A DNA stretch of 64,000 nucleotides from a virus (lineage: Duplodnaviria > Caudoviricetes): the IMG/VR virus record IMGVR_UViG_3300037400_003961, positions 32,001 through 96,000 of that record. One strand, written 5' to 3'. The translations under genes and the position numbers were made by a program. Within the stretch, counting starts at the first letter, position 1. The number at the start of each line of letters is the position of its first letter. A model generated the notes under the pieces. It was not told where the DNA came from. It made no database searches and saw only the letters and a program-made list of their open reading frames with translations. Below, piece by piece: positions 44,769 through 58,300 of the stretch.

Positions 44769-45165
44769 AATATGTTTTTATGATATTACTAGAATCTGAT
44801 TCTTTAATTCCACTACATAAAATTTTTTCATAAAGATTATAAAAACAAATATCTAAATATGTATTATCCATTTTTTCTTTATAAATTTCATCATATGATA
44901 GATAGTCCCAATCTGGTTTAAGACTGGTAATTTTTTCCCATACTGAATTCATTGTGCGGTAGCCACGAAAATTCATTTCAGTTCGTACCACTCCCGCATA
45001 ATTAATAAAATGATCATAATCATAATTTAGAACAAAATTAACTAAAATATTATTTGGTGTTCCATTTTTTTGAATAGCTCCTGCAATAGCTGATAATTCT
45101 CTCCATTGAGCAACAAGCTGTTCTCGTGGAAGCACTGAAATAAAATCTTTATGCCATAATCTCAT
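44734..45165 (-). CDS. Pyrimidine-dimer DNA glycosylase/endonuclease V-like protein
   Basis: MRLWH...LPREQLVAQWRE...EMNFRGY signature. Confidence 0.75.
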   Translation of the reverse strand: MRLWHKDFISVLPREQLVAQWRELSAIAGAIQKNGTPNNILVNFVLNYDYDHFINYAGVVRTEMNFRGYRTMNSVWEKITSLKPDWDYLSYDEIYKEKMDNTYLDICFYNLYEKILCSGIKESDSSNIIKTYCEKRGIPNGFR

Positions 45166-45168
45166 TAT

Positions 45169-45351
45169 TTATACCTCTTTAAAAATTTTAATAAAAATAA
45201 TAATAAATATGATTAATACAATGATACCAATCCAAAGAGGCCACAAGACAACCCACCAACTCCAATTAATAACTCCAGTTAATTTTAAAACAATATTTAC
45301 AATCAAAAGCAAATCAAAAAAACTAATTCCTCCATATGTAATATGTTTCAT
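45169..45351 (-). CDS. Small membrane protein
   Basis: LKLTGVINWSWWVVLWPLW; two TM helices. Confidence 0.7.
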   Translation of the reverse strand: MKHITYGGISFFDLLLIVNIVLKLTGVINWSWWVVLWPLWIGIIVLIIFIIIFIKIFKEV

Positions 45352-45366
45352 AATAACCCTCCTTTT

Positions 45367-45792
45367 TTAAAATAAGTAAGCAATTGCCGCAACATATTTT
45401 TCTTTTAGTTTTTCTGTAAGAGTTTCAGTTTGTGCAAAATGGTCGTATATATCAGCAAGTTTTACAATATATGCGGGCATATAGTCAGGATTATTCTTTG
45501 CCATTGAATGAATTTTTTCAATATATTTATTATAGTCTTCATCTTCTTCTCTTGTTAAAAGAGAAAGATTTTTTTCAAATTTTTCATCAAACCATGTGTT
45601 TCTTTTTATATCTGTATCTTCATATAAATCATGTGCTAAACCAAGCTGATAAACAAAATAATAAGTTTCATAAGGTAAATTAAAAAAATTAGTAATTTTT
45701 CTGGCTTTATCAGCGACTCTTTTTGTATGTTCAAAAGTTTCTTTATCATAATATAAATTACATAATTCTAATATAGCATTATTTGTCATCAT
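45367..45792 (-). CDS. HD-domain hydrolase (RelA/SpoT hydrolase-like)
   Basis: H..RVA, LAHDLYEDT, LLT, VKLAD motifs. Confidence 0.7.
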   Translation of the reverse strand: MMTNNAILELCNLYYDKETFEHTKRVADKARKITNFFNLPYETYYFVYQLGLAHDLYEDTDIKRNTWFDEKFEKNLSLLTREEDEDYNKYIEKIHSMAKNNPDYMPAYIVKLADIYDHFAQTETLTEKLKEKYVAAIAYLF

Positions 45793-45853
45793 AAAAATCT
45801 TCTCCTTATTATTTTTAAGGTTCTAAATATTCTTTCCATATCTTTCTATAAAT

Positions 45854-45882
45854 ATTATAACAAATTTTTAATAAATAATCAA
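45854..45882 (-). promoter_or_regulatory. sigmaA-type promoter heading the leftward block
   Basis: TTGATT-17-TATAAT with TG extension. Confidence 0.7.
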
Positions 45883-45895
45883 GAAATTTTCAGAT

Positions 45896-45935
45896 GGTCG
45901 AGAAGAAATAATTAAAATAAGGAATTTTTTATTAT
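45896..45935 (+). promoter_or_regulatory. Phage-specific motif copy heading the tape-measure block
   Basis: GGTCGA gaagaaa TAAT taaaataaggaat TTTT tattat; divergent from the sigmaA promoter. Confidence 0.6.
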
Positions 45936-46075
45936 AAGTGTATAAATAAGAATTTTGATATAATGAAAAATATTTTTATTATATCAGCTATAAGATAATG
46001 TTAATTTAATTACGTTATTACAACAACATTTGCTAAAATTATTAGCATATCTATAACATAAAAGGAGACTAAATT

Positions 46076-46324
46076 ATGTATAATTATTTTGTTGTCAGAT
46101 TTACTAATAGGACTGATGGAAGCTTTGGTAGTTCTGTAAAAGGATATGAAACTGAAACTGAAGCTTTAAAAGAATTTTTTAGAGAGGCAGGTCAGGCTGT
46201 AGATACATCTCATTTAACTGACTCTGTAGCTTTAATGACCAAAGAAGGATTTGAACTTCGTCATGAAGGTTTTGTCCATGATGCTCCTGAATCCGTAGAG
46301 TCAGAAGAAGATCCAACAGAATGA
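46076..46324 (+). CDS. Hypothetical protein
   Basis: 82 aa, RBS AAGGAG. Confidence 0.7.
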   Translation: MYNYFVVRFTNRTDGSFGSSVKGYETETEALKEFFREAGQAVDTSHLTDSVALMTKEGFELRHEGFVHDAPESVESEEDPTE

Positions 46325-46466
46325 TAATTATTTTAATTTTAACAATTATCATTATGTGGATATTATGGACGATGTAAAATAAATTAATATAAATGTCCAG
46401 ATAGAAAGAAAAATTATCTATCTGGACATTTTTTATCATATCAAAAAATCAAGGAGATAAAAGGAT

Positions 46467-49400
46467 ATGGCAAATGAGATTAGGTATCAAGTTGGCTTTG
46501 ATGTAAAGCAAGGCGACTTGAGTAAATTAAAATCTTCATTACAATAGCTTCAAAAGTTAAAATTTAGTGATATAATGAAGATTAATAATACAGATATATC
46601 TTCTGCTAGAGATGCATTAAGATCTATCCAACAAGATGCAGATAAAGTTGAAAATGCATTAAATAAAGCATTTAATACTAAATTAAATACAGTTAATATT
46701 TCAACTTTTAATTCATAGTTATCAAAGTCTGGATTATCTTTACAGTCAATTTATCAATCTTTTAGTAGAGCAGGAGCCACAGGTGAAGCAGCTTTTAGAA
46801 ATTTATCTACTCAATTATTAAGTACAAATATTCAATTAAGATAGAGTCATGCTTTACTTGATAAGATGGCAACAACTCTTGCTAATACTATTAAATGGAA
46901 TATTGCTTCTGGTGCGGTTAATAGCATGTCTCGTGCAGTTGAACAAGCTTGGGGATATACTAAATCATTAGATACTTCATTAAATAATATTCGTATAGTT
47001 ACTGGTAAATCTGCTGAAGAAATGGATAAATTTGCGTTAAAAGCAAATGAAGCTGCTCAAAGTTTAGGCAAAACTACAACAGATTATACTAATGCTGCAT
47101 TAATTTATGCTCAACAGGGTCTTTCTGACCAAGAGATAGAAGAAAGAGCAAGAATTACTTTAATGACAGCTAATGTTACTGGGCAATCTACATCAGATGT
47201 TTCTGAGGAATTAACTGCTGTTTGGAATGGTTATAAAGTAAATGCGGAAGAAGCAGAGCTTTATATTGATAGACTTGCTGCGGTTGCTGCTACAACAGCA
47301 TCAGACCTTGAGGAATTAAGTACTGGTATGAGTAAGGTTGCAAGTGCGGCCGCCGCAATGGGGGTTGGTGAAGACCAATTAGCTGCACAATTATCAACTA
47401 TTATATCCGTTACCCGCCAAGCGCCAGAATCAGTTGGTACTGCATTAAGAACTGTATATGCACGTATTTCTGATATTAAAGCTGGTATTGATGAAGATGG
47501 TGTTACTCTTGGTAATTATTCTGGTAAAATGGCAGAATTAGGATTTAATGTTCTTGATGCTGCAGGTAATCTTCGTGATATGGGCGAAGTTATGGAGGAG
47601 ATTGGTGGTCGTTGGCAAGATTTAACCAGAGAACAGCAGATTTCTCTTGCACAAACAATGGCTGGTCAAAGACAGTATTCTAATTTAATTGCTTTATTTG
47701 ATAATTTTGAAAAATATAATCAAGCATTAAATACTGCCCAAAATGCGGCAGGTACTTTACAAGAACAGCAAGATATATATATGGAATCAACTGCTGCCCA
47801 TTTACAAACTTTAAAGGCTGCTATTGAAAATATATATGATAGTTTAGCTGATACAGATGGTATTAATAGTATAGTAGATGGTCTTACCGTTGCTGCTAAT
47901 TTAGTGGCTAATTTTGTTGATGGAATTGGCGGTGGTGCTAATGTATTAAAATCATTGGGTGCTATTGGTTTAACTGTATTTAGTCAACAAATTGCATCAG
48001 GGTTAACTACTACAATAAATAATCTTGAAAGAGCAAGAAATCAAGCTGAATATTTTAAAAATGCAATAAAAGAAGCTGAAGATATTCAAAAACAAGGACG
48101 GGGAAATGATTATACTCAATTTTTAGTTGAATAGCAATAGTCTTTATTAAATCTTGGTGGTAAATTATCTGTTAATGATTTTAACGCTTTTCAATAGAAG
48201 TTAAAACAATTAAGTGATAATTCTGGTAATATAGAAATCTTAGAAGAAAAAATATTATCATTAGGAAATGATTTTGATTCTTTAGGTGGTTATATTTATA
48301 GATTTTCTGAATAGTATGGTACTCTTGATGAAATGTTGAGCAGTGCAACTGGGGTTGAAATTATAAATGATGCTTTACAAAATTTAAGTAAAAGTTTTGA
48401 ACCAGTTGTTGAAAAACAAAAATAGGTTAGACAAGCTTTCAGAAAATTTTATACTGATATTTAGACAGGATCTAAAGATGCTCCACAGAGTTTTGATAAT
48501 TTAAAGAATAAATTACAAGATTTAATTGTAACTTTAAAAGATGTAAAAGTTGAAGAGGATGGCACAACATTATTTAGCATTTTACCTAAAGAAGCTCAAA
48601 AAGCTGTTGAAGAAACATCAAAAAAATTAAAAACTTTAGATTTTTCTAAAATTGGTAATCCAAAAGAAGCTTATAACCAAATTCATGCTATTTTTTCAGA
48701 ATTAAATAATACCATTTCTCAAGAAATTGAAAAAGTAAAAAGGTTAATTAGTACCACTACAGATGGAGGATAGATTTAGAAATATAAGCAACAATTAGAA
48801 AGCTTACATGCTCTTCAAAAACAATTTGAAGCTGATTATAATGCAATGAAAGAAAGAGCGGAAAGAAATGTTGCTATACAAAATATGGTTGAATTAGCTG
48901 GTGGAATTACTAGATTAGGTTCAGCTATACAACAAGTTCAAAATCTTGGAAGTATTTGGAAAAATTAGGATTTATCTGGTGGTTAGAAGTTTATTAAAAT
49001 AATTACTGGGGCAACTTTCGCTCTTCCTATGTTGGGATCTGGTTTAAAAACAGTTACAACTAGTTTAGGATTAGTTACTATAGCTACAACAAAAGAGGAA
49101 GTTGCACAAGTTGGTGCCACTATTGCAAGTAGTGCCCATGCAGTATCTTTGGGTGGATTAAGCATGGCTGCAACAAAAGCTGGTATTCAAATTCAATTTC
49201 TTAATACCGCATTAACTATTAGTCCAGTTGCAATCGCGGCTGCTGCAATAATAGGTTTAGCAGTTGCATATGATAAATTTACAATGTCAGCCAAATAGGC
49301 TGAACAAGCTTTATCTAATTTTAATAATAAACAAGCTGAATTAACAAAAAATATTTCTTCTACTCAAAATGAAATTAAAGATTTACAAGCATTAAAAGAA

Positions 49401-52400
49401 GAATATGATTCTTTATCTAATATAGTTGGAAAGTATGATCAAAATATTGATGCTCTTTCTAATAAAGAAAAAGAAAGATGGGAATAGATTAAACAGAAAA
49501 TTGTTGATATTAATCCAGATATTCTTACTGCTTATGACGATCAGCATCAAAGAATTATAATAAAAAATGATGCACTTGATGAAACCATTGGAAAATTATA
49601 GAAAATAAATGAATTAGAATTAAAAGAGTTTGTTAATAGTGATGATTTTGATAAAGCTATTGAAGCAGTAAAAGTAAAATCTAAAAATGCTGATAAAAAT
49701 TTAGCAATAGAAAATGCAAATTATATTTCTTTAGGTCAAGACTCAATAAAAAATCTAAAGAGTGATACAATAAATTCTATTATTGATATAGGTTTATCAA
49801 GTAATGATAAAGAATTACATAAACAAATTTAGCAATTTAGAGATATTAGTGAAAAAAATATTAAAGATTTAACAGATATAGATGTACAAACATTTAATAA
49901 ACTTTTAAATATTTTTACTAATTCAAATAACAAAAATTTACAAAGATTAGCTAAAAGTCATGCAGATGAATTATCTGCTTCTATTGATTCATATATAAAT
50001 GAATTTGAAAAAGCTGGAGGAAGGTTAAAAGCTGCAGAAGAAGCTGCAGAAGAAGCCGCCAATGGAAATCCAGCCATGTTGGTTCAAGCATTAACTCAAG
50101 ACTATGAATATAAACAATCTTATGAAGATTTAAAAAAAGCTGGTTTTGAAAATGCTGAAGCTATTTTAGCTGCTTGGGCAGAAGGCAATAAAGAAGGAAA
50201 AGCTAAAGATTGGAATAAGTATCTTGATTAGGGTAAAACATTTACAAAAGATTTAACAACTATTATAAAAGCTTCTCCTGAATTAATGTCTGAAATTAAA
50301 GCTGAGAGTGAAAAATTCAAACAAATGACTTTTGAAACAGAGCAGTAGAGAGTTAATTATGCTGTAGATGTTTTCAATAAAATAATAAAAGATAATAAAA
50401 TACAAAATGCCCAAAAAGATGTTGTAAGTGCATTATTAAATTTTGATTTTGGAACTAATTTAAGTTAGCAAAATTTTGATAAAACTGGGTTTGTAAAATC
50501 TCTTAGTGATTCTGCTATTACGACTATTGATGATGTTAGTAAATATATTAGTCATGTAACTAAAGAAAATCAAAAAGGAATATTTGATCAACTTCTTCAT
50601 ATGGATACTCAAGGAGTTAGTTGGGATAATATTCTTAAAGGAATTGATGAAGCTGCTTTAAAAACTGGTAAATGGGATGAATATATTAAACAAGTAATTG
50701 CTGACCAGCAAGTTGTTCAATAGCAACAAAATAATATAGCTTCTTTATCTGTTATTTCTCAAAGCGGTGAAAAACTTCAATCTGGTAAAAATTTAACTAA
50801 AAAAGAAAATTAGGCATATCAAAATAATCTTAATAGTGTTATTGAATCTGCTCAAAAAATTAATGACCAAGATTTATTAAAATCTGCTTAGTTATTACAA
50901 AAAACTTGGTTAGCTGGTTCTGAAGAATATCAACAGGCATTAGATAAAGTTCTTCAAAAAACAATTGAATTAAAAGCAGAACAAGCAAAACAAGAAAATA
51001 GAGCTTTTACCGATGAATAGATTGAGGATATTGAAAAATATGCTAATACAGTAGAAAGAGTAAATGAACTTTATCAAAAAGGAACAATAAAAGATGAAGT
51101 TCATTATCATGCTTTATTAGATAAAGTAATAAGAGATCAATTAAAAACTTTAAAAGTATCTGGTTCTGCTTATCAAAATTATGTAAAACAATTAAATAAA
51201 ATTAGTAAAGAAACAGAACAAGTAATTGATGGAGTGGATTAGTTTAATTAGTCTATTAATTTATCTGAAGAGTCTCTTTAGGAAATGGCATTAAATGATT
51301 TAAAATTAATAGATTCTCTACAAAAATTACAAAAAGCTTTTAAAAATTATAAAGATGATTTAAATAGTGAAGATCAAAGTTCACCTGACTTTATTAAAGC
51401 ATATTCTTAGGTTTTAGAAATAATTAATAATATACCTGGTATTTATATTGATCCAACAAAAGAAAATGCAACTGAATATTTAACAAATATTAAATAGTTA
51501 GCAGAAGGTGTTTAGGGCGCATTAGGAAGATTAAGACAAAAAATTGCTTTAGATGAAATGAAAGTAATGATTGATGTTGGTCTTGAAGATGCTTGGGAGC
51601 AACAATTGCTTCAAGAAATTAATGATAAAATTGCTCAAATGACACCTAAAGATATTGAAACTCATGCTTATTTATATGATCCAGAATTTATTAATAAATT
51701 AAATGGTCTCATGAGAGGCTCTTAGAAAGCTAGAGATTATTGTAATAAAATTTTAGGATCAATTGGAGCAAAAGCAAAAGTTCAATATGAAACCATTACT
51801 TTTAAAACAAGATCTGGTTCAGCTGGAGATTTTCATAGACTTGATAATGGAACTATTACATCTTCTAATGATTCAGTTACAACTGTGCAATATCCCCATA
51901 TTATTACATATTAGCCTTTTAGTAGTAATGAAAAGGCTGATGAAATAGTAAGTTCTTCTGGCGGAAAAGGCGGCGGAGGTGGTGGAGGCGGAGGTGGAAA
52001 AGAATCCAAACCTGATACCTCCCAAAAAGAAACTAAAGAACCTTTAAAAGAATAGATAGACCTTTATCATGATATTAATATTGAACTTGGTGATTTAAAT
52101 AGGCAATTAGAAAATACCAAAAAGAAACAAGATAAATTATATGGTAAAGATTTAATTAATAATCTTAATTAGCAAAATGGTATTCTTGATAAACAAATTG
52201 GTAAGTTAGAAGAAAAATATCAATTACAAAAACAAGACCAAACACAAAAACAAGAATAGTTAAAAAATTTAGGTGTTGTTTTTGATGAATATGGTAAAAT
52301 TGCTAATTATATGGATTTACTTAAAATAAAGTAGACTGAAATTAATGAATTAATTAAACAATATAATGAATTAATTAAACAATATAATTAGACTACAGAT

Positions 52401-55052
52401 GAAACTCGTAAGAAAGAACTTAATCAACAACTTTCTGAATTAGATAAAAAAATTAAGCATGAATAGGAAAAACTGAAAAATCTTCATAAGGGCATGGATG
52501 ACTATGATAAACTCATGGATGACATGTAGGAAAATGAAGATGAAAGAGAAGCTAAAAGACAAGAACAATTTGAAAATAATATTAAAAAATTTAGAACTGA
52601 TATTGAAATACATCTTGAAATGGGTGAAGCTGAAAGAGAATGGAATAATTTTAGAAGAAACGTTCTTAATCATTCAGACGTCTTAAAAGAATCTGATTTT
52701 GATAAATTATTAAAGGACGCCGCCCAAAATTATCAAGATGTTCTTTCTTATTTTGATATTAATGGTCAAATGGGAACTTTAGAAGCTTTGACTAATCAAC
52801 TTCTTGCAACCCAAGATGAATTAGATGAGATTAATGGTGGCGGAGAATCATCTATTTATGGGGACAATAAAAAACAAGCCATGTAGGATCTTAAAACAGA
52901 TCTTAATGAATTAATGCAACAAATGCAAGATGTTGAAAGTTTAATTGATAGTATTGATGAAGCTTATCTTAATACTATTGATGATATTATGGATCAATTT
53001 GATAAACAGATTAATGATTATAAATTAATTGGCGAACTTATTGAACATGATATGGATCTTTTATCTTTACTTTATGGAGATAAAAATTATGATGCAATGG
53101 ATAAATATTATTCAACATTGCGTGATAATAATTTACAACAGCTTGACTCATTAAAACAACAGAGAGATTTCTGGAAACAAGAATGGGATGAAGCGGTTGC
53201 CCGCGGAGATTCTGAAGCTGCTAAGAAATTTGAAGAACATTATAAAGATACTATTGGTAATTTGAATTCATTAATTGAGGAATCCGCATAGAACTTACTA
53301 AATAAATATGTTAATGCTATTGATGGAATATTTGATGCATTAGATAAAAAGATTAGTAATGGATTAGGAACTGATTATTTATCTGCTGAATGGTAGTTAA
53401 TGAGAAAAAATGCAGATGAATATTTAGACACTATTAATTCTGCTTTTGCTTTACAAGATTTAGAGAATAAATTTAATGATGCTCTTAATGATACTAAAAA
53501 TTTAAAAGCACAGCAAGCTATTAAAACTTTAATGGATGCACAACTTGAGAATTTAAGAACTAAAGAAAAATTAACTCAATATGATGTTGAAAGAGCTGAA
53601 AAGTTATTACAAATTGAACAGGCTAGAATAGCATTGGAAGATGCACAAGCTAGTAAAACATCTATGCGGTTAAAGAGAGACTCTCAAGGTAATTATTCAT
53701 ATGAATACGTTGCTGACCAAGGAGATATTGCTGAAGCTGAGCAAGGGCTTGCCACAGCACAAAATGACCTTTATAATTTTGATAAAGATAGATACCAGTC
53801 TAATTTAGATGATATGCTTTCTGCATGGCAAGAATTCCAAGAGCGATATAAGGAAATAGTTACAGATGTTTCTTTATCAGAAGAAGAACGAGTTGCTAAT
53901 CTTGCTTTATTAAGAGAACAATATGGTCAATATATTAATGATAAAACTGCGGAGAATCTTGTTGTCAGAACAAATCTGATGGAATCTGCTTTTGCAGATA
54001 TTGCCGCCATATATGATACAGATGTTGAGAATTATAATCAGATGGCGGATAATGAGAAAAATATCTTAATGGGTGATTTAGTCCCTGCTTGGTAGAGCGG
54101 AATTCAGCAAATGGCAGATAAAATTGCTGGATAGGGCGGCTTTATTCCAACCTGTGAAGAGGCTTTTGAAAATATCACTGAGGCAACAGAAGATTACAAA
54201 GACGAGCTTGATGATATGGCACGTGTCGCAGGAATGAGTTTAGATGATGTTAAATAGGGTGTTGATGTTTTAACTGATTCTTTTGGTAATTTAGTTGAGA
54301 AAAATGATGATTTACTTGATAGAATGAGTCAAGAATTAACTTCTATTGAAAGTTTAAAAGATGCTGCTCGTGGCTTAAAAGAACAATATGATGATGTTTA
54401 TAAAGCTGCAAAGAGGGCGGCTTCCGCAATTCATGAAACTCTTCAAGATACAAGAGCAGATGCTATTGAAAATGATTTAGATGAAGATGATGACAATTGG
54501 TATGATGATTTTTCTAATCGCGGTCCAGGAGTGAGTTCTGAAAAAACTATTTCATTTATTAATGATAAGCCAACTTTTCTTTTTGATGATACATCAGGTC
54601 AGATTAGCGATGATGATGTTTTTAAAAATACTACTCTTACTAATGCACCTGGTTTAAAAAATGACAATATTAATCCAGATTTAATGGATTGGCTTAAAAA
54701 GCAGGGGGTAAAAGGATTAGCTACAGGAGGATATACTGGTTCTTGGTCCGATGTAGATGGAAGAATTGGTATTTTACATCAAAAAGAATTAGTATTAAAT
54801 CCAGGTGATACTACAAATCTTTTAAATTCAGTTGAAATTTTAAGGTCTATGATGAGTTCTCTTGATGGTAGTTTATTTGCAAGAGCAGATAATATTAAAT
54901 CTGGATTCTACAATACTTCTACTGATGAAGATGGTTTGGAACAAAATGTTCATATTGATGCTTCATTCCCAAATGTTAATAGCAAGAGAGAAATAGAAGA
55001 AGCACTCAGTGATTTAGTTAATTTAGCAGCTCAAAGAGCAATGCGTAGATAA
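46467..55052 (+). CDS. Tail tape measure protein (TP901-type core), 2861 aa, dozens of in-frame TAG
   Basis: Track fragments at 46866, 49029, 52620, 52914, 53400 and 54324 share one frame, separated by TAG. TMP core (GTALRTVYARI), TM segments, C-terminal ATGGYTG...LHQKELVLN. Confidence 0.9.
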
Positions 55053-55083
55053 GAAGAGGGGGTAACCCCTCTTCTTTATTTTT
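55051..55083 (+). terminator. Rho-independent terminator
   Basis: aagaagaggg/ccctcttctt stem followed by a T-run. Confidence 0.75.
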
Positions 55084-55100
55084 AAAAAAGGAGAGATAAT

Positions 55101-55259
55101 ATGGAAAGTGTAAGTGTAATTTAGTATAAATGGAAAGTTGGAGTTTATGATTTAAAAGATATGATAAAGATGGTTAAAAATGGAATAATTAATAAAGATG
55201 AATTTTTTGATATTACAAGATATAATTTTGATGGAGTAACAGAAGATCAATAGTATTAA
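55101..55259 (+). CDS. XkdX-like small protein (2 TAG)
   Basis: RBS AAGGAG; ...KMVKNGIINKDEFFDIT. Confidence 0.55.
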
Positions 55260-55299
55260 ACTTGAAGACTCTAAAAATTTATGTTATAATTTAATTAAT

Positions 55300-55339
55300 G
55301 GGCAAAAATAAATAATTTATCATATCAAATTTTTATATT
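55300..55339 (+). promoter_or_regulatory. Phage-specific motif copy upstream of the large tail gene
   Basis: GGGCAA aaataaa TAAT ttatcatatcaaa TTTT tatatt. Confidence 0.65.
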
Positions 55340-55376
55340 TTATATAAAAAGGAGACACAAGGAGGGTATATGTCCA

Positions 55377-58300
55377 ATGAGCGTACAAGATAAGATTTTA
55401 GACGCTATTGAATTATTAGCAGATAGTTCTGTTAAAAAAGCAGGATATGATAGAACTATTCAAGCTCAAATCCTTTCATGCGAAGATGCTACAATAGGCA
55501 AATATAGATGTCGTTATCAAGATGCAACTATATATGCGTATGCGGGCACCGCAGATATAACATATACCAAAGGTGCATATGTTTATGTGCTAGTTCCAAG
55601 CGGAGATATGAATAAAGAAAAAACAATTCTTGGAACTACTAAAAAACTTGGTATTAATTATATTTCACAAGCTGAGGGGGATTAGGCATATGATGTTATT
55701 GGTAATAATTGTATAACTTCTAATAATACTTTTTATTTAGATACTAAAAATAAAAATTATAAGTATACAATATATAGATATAATACTGGTGATATTACTT
55801 TAGATAATACCGCATTAAATGAATATATTAAGCAATCCTCTTCTTTGATTGTTGGCGGAATATTTAAAACAAATATTGTTCCATAGAAACAATTTAGAGG
55901 ACATTATGGAATTACATTCAATCTTCGTTTTTTAGATAATACATCTAATCAACAAGTTATTAGGTCGTATACTATTGATGAAGATAATATGATTGATAAT
56001 CCATATAGATTAATATATGGCACAAGACAGTATTAGATTTTTGATATTGATGGTGCAAATTTTGTTAGAGTTGAATCAATTTAGATTTTTAATCAAGATT
56101 TTCCTGGAGCAACTCAAACAACTACTGGTACAAAATTATCAAGTGGTGATATAGAAATTTCTGCCATATAGTTAAATGGTGCAGTTAGGATGACAGAAAG
56201 TGAGATAAATGGTGTAGCAATATCATTTTATACACCTCAAGGAACTTTTTTCACAGACCAATCAAGTGCAAATAGTTATAAAACAATAACCGCCCAAGTT
56301 AAAATAAAAGGTAAATTAGCATCTGCCGCACAAAATATTTCTTTCTATTGGGGAAATGAAAATGTTGGAATTACTCCAAAAAATCAATATTATAATAAAT
56401 ATCTTGGTAGAGGTTGGAAATGTTTAAATGAAAGTAATTTGACAGTTGAGGGAAATGCAGATAATGATCCAGTTTATACTTGGATACCAGGTAAAGATAC
56501 TTATATTGTAAAAATTTCTGAAGCTACAGCAAGAGATAATCGTTTTAAAGTTTCAATTTTATATGATGGAACTGTTGTTAGTAAAATAATAGATATTAAG
56601 AATTTGGCAGCAAGTGCGCCTTAGATAACAATAAATTCCAGTGATGGTATAAAATTTTATTATGATATAGGACATCCAACTTTAACTTGTAAAGTTAATG
56701 GTGGTGAGCCTAGTAATTATCATTATTATTGGGGGGTATAGTCTGATACTGGTATTTTTGAAAATTTATCAGAGACAACAGAACAAAATGCTGCATATAA
56801 TACTGCTTATAATAATTATAATAATTTAAAAAATGCAATTGCCGCGGGGACTAAATTTGCTAATGCTGAAGCTAATAATTTAAATAATTATGAAGAAGCA
56901 TTAAAAGCATTTAATTTTATTCAAAGAGTTAAAGGTAATAAAATTTATGACGTACAAATAAGTAATATTACTAATTTAGCTATTTTTAAATGTTCTGTTT
57001 ATAATAATCAAAATATTTATTTAGGAACTGCCGCAATTACATTAACTAATTCCTTAAATGGAGAAGACCTCTATTCTCTTGTTATAAATAATGGGTCTGC
57101 AGTATTTCAATATAATGAATATGGTGTTGCGCCTAATAATAGAAGTCTTGATATACAACAACAAATTCAAGCATTAAGTTTTACTATATATGATAATTTA
57201 GGTAATGCTATTGATAATAATATAATAAGAAATTCAAGAGATTGTAAAATTCGTTGGCAATTTCCTATAAAAGACACTTTATTAGTTGATGATGCGGATA
57301 ATGGACAAAGTGCTGGTACTGATCCTACACAAAGTTATAAATATTATGATAATCTTGTTAATTTAATTTATAATATTGCTCAAAGATATGATATAAAGAA
57401 ACAAGTTAATCAAATTAAATTAACAGTTGATTATAAAGGAATGAATTTAACTGCGGAAACTTAGTTTACTTTTGCTAAACAAGGCGAACCTGGTACTAAT
57501 GGTACTGAATATTTAGTTAAATTAATTCCTAATACTAGAATGAGTGATCCACCAACTTTTCCAATGGTTACAAAAGCTGGAACTGATTATATTTTAAATT
57601 ATGGTTTAAATTCAACAGCAAAAGAAACTACAATTGGATTATCTACTGGCTACCAATTATTTAAAGCTCAGTTATGGCATAGCGGAGAACTGGTTTGGGA
57701 AGGTTTTAATGCATCAACTGCCGCGATAGACGGTATTACTAAACCTAATGTTGTTTATTGGGAGATTCTTGCTAATAAATATAATAGTTCTATATCTGAT
57801 AACTCTGCTTTTGAAATAACAAATGCTTCAAATGGAAATATTAAATATTTAGGTGATCATTTAGCAACAGCCCTAAACACTCCTTTAGCTAATATTATTA
57901 AATGTAGTATTACATATGAAGGAAAAACGTATTATGGAACTATTCCTATTACAACAGCATGGACATATAATAGCAATTTTAGAGTTTCTTTGGCTGATTA
58001 TACTGGCTTTAGATATGTTATATATTCACCAGATGGTACTTCTCCTCAATATGATAATTCTCATCCTTTTGAATTTATATGTTAGGAAAAAATTAATAAT
58101 GTATGGGAAGATGTTTCATTAGTTGCGGGTAGTCATGCAATTAGTTATACACCTAGTTATTGTGGGAATGTAAAAAGAAATAGAAATGGAGATTTAGTTA
58201 ATTCATAGTTATTAATGTTATTAAATAATAATATTTATCGAAATGGATTAAATAAAAATCAATGGAGATATAAACCGGATTCTAAATATGATGGTGAATG

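Noticed and set aside
52344-52388. 21-bp tandem repeat in the tape measure gene
   Set aside because: An ordinary heptad duplication (NELIKQY twice) in a coiled-coil protein.
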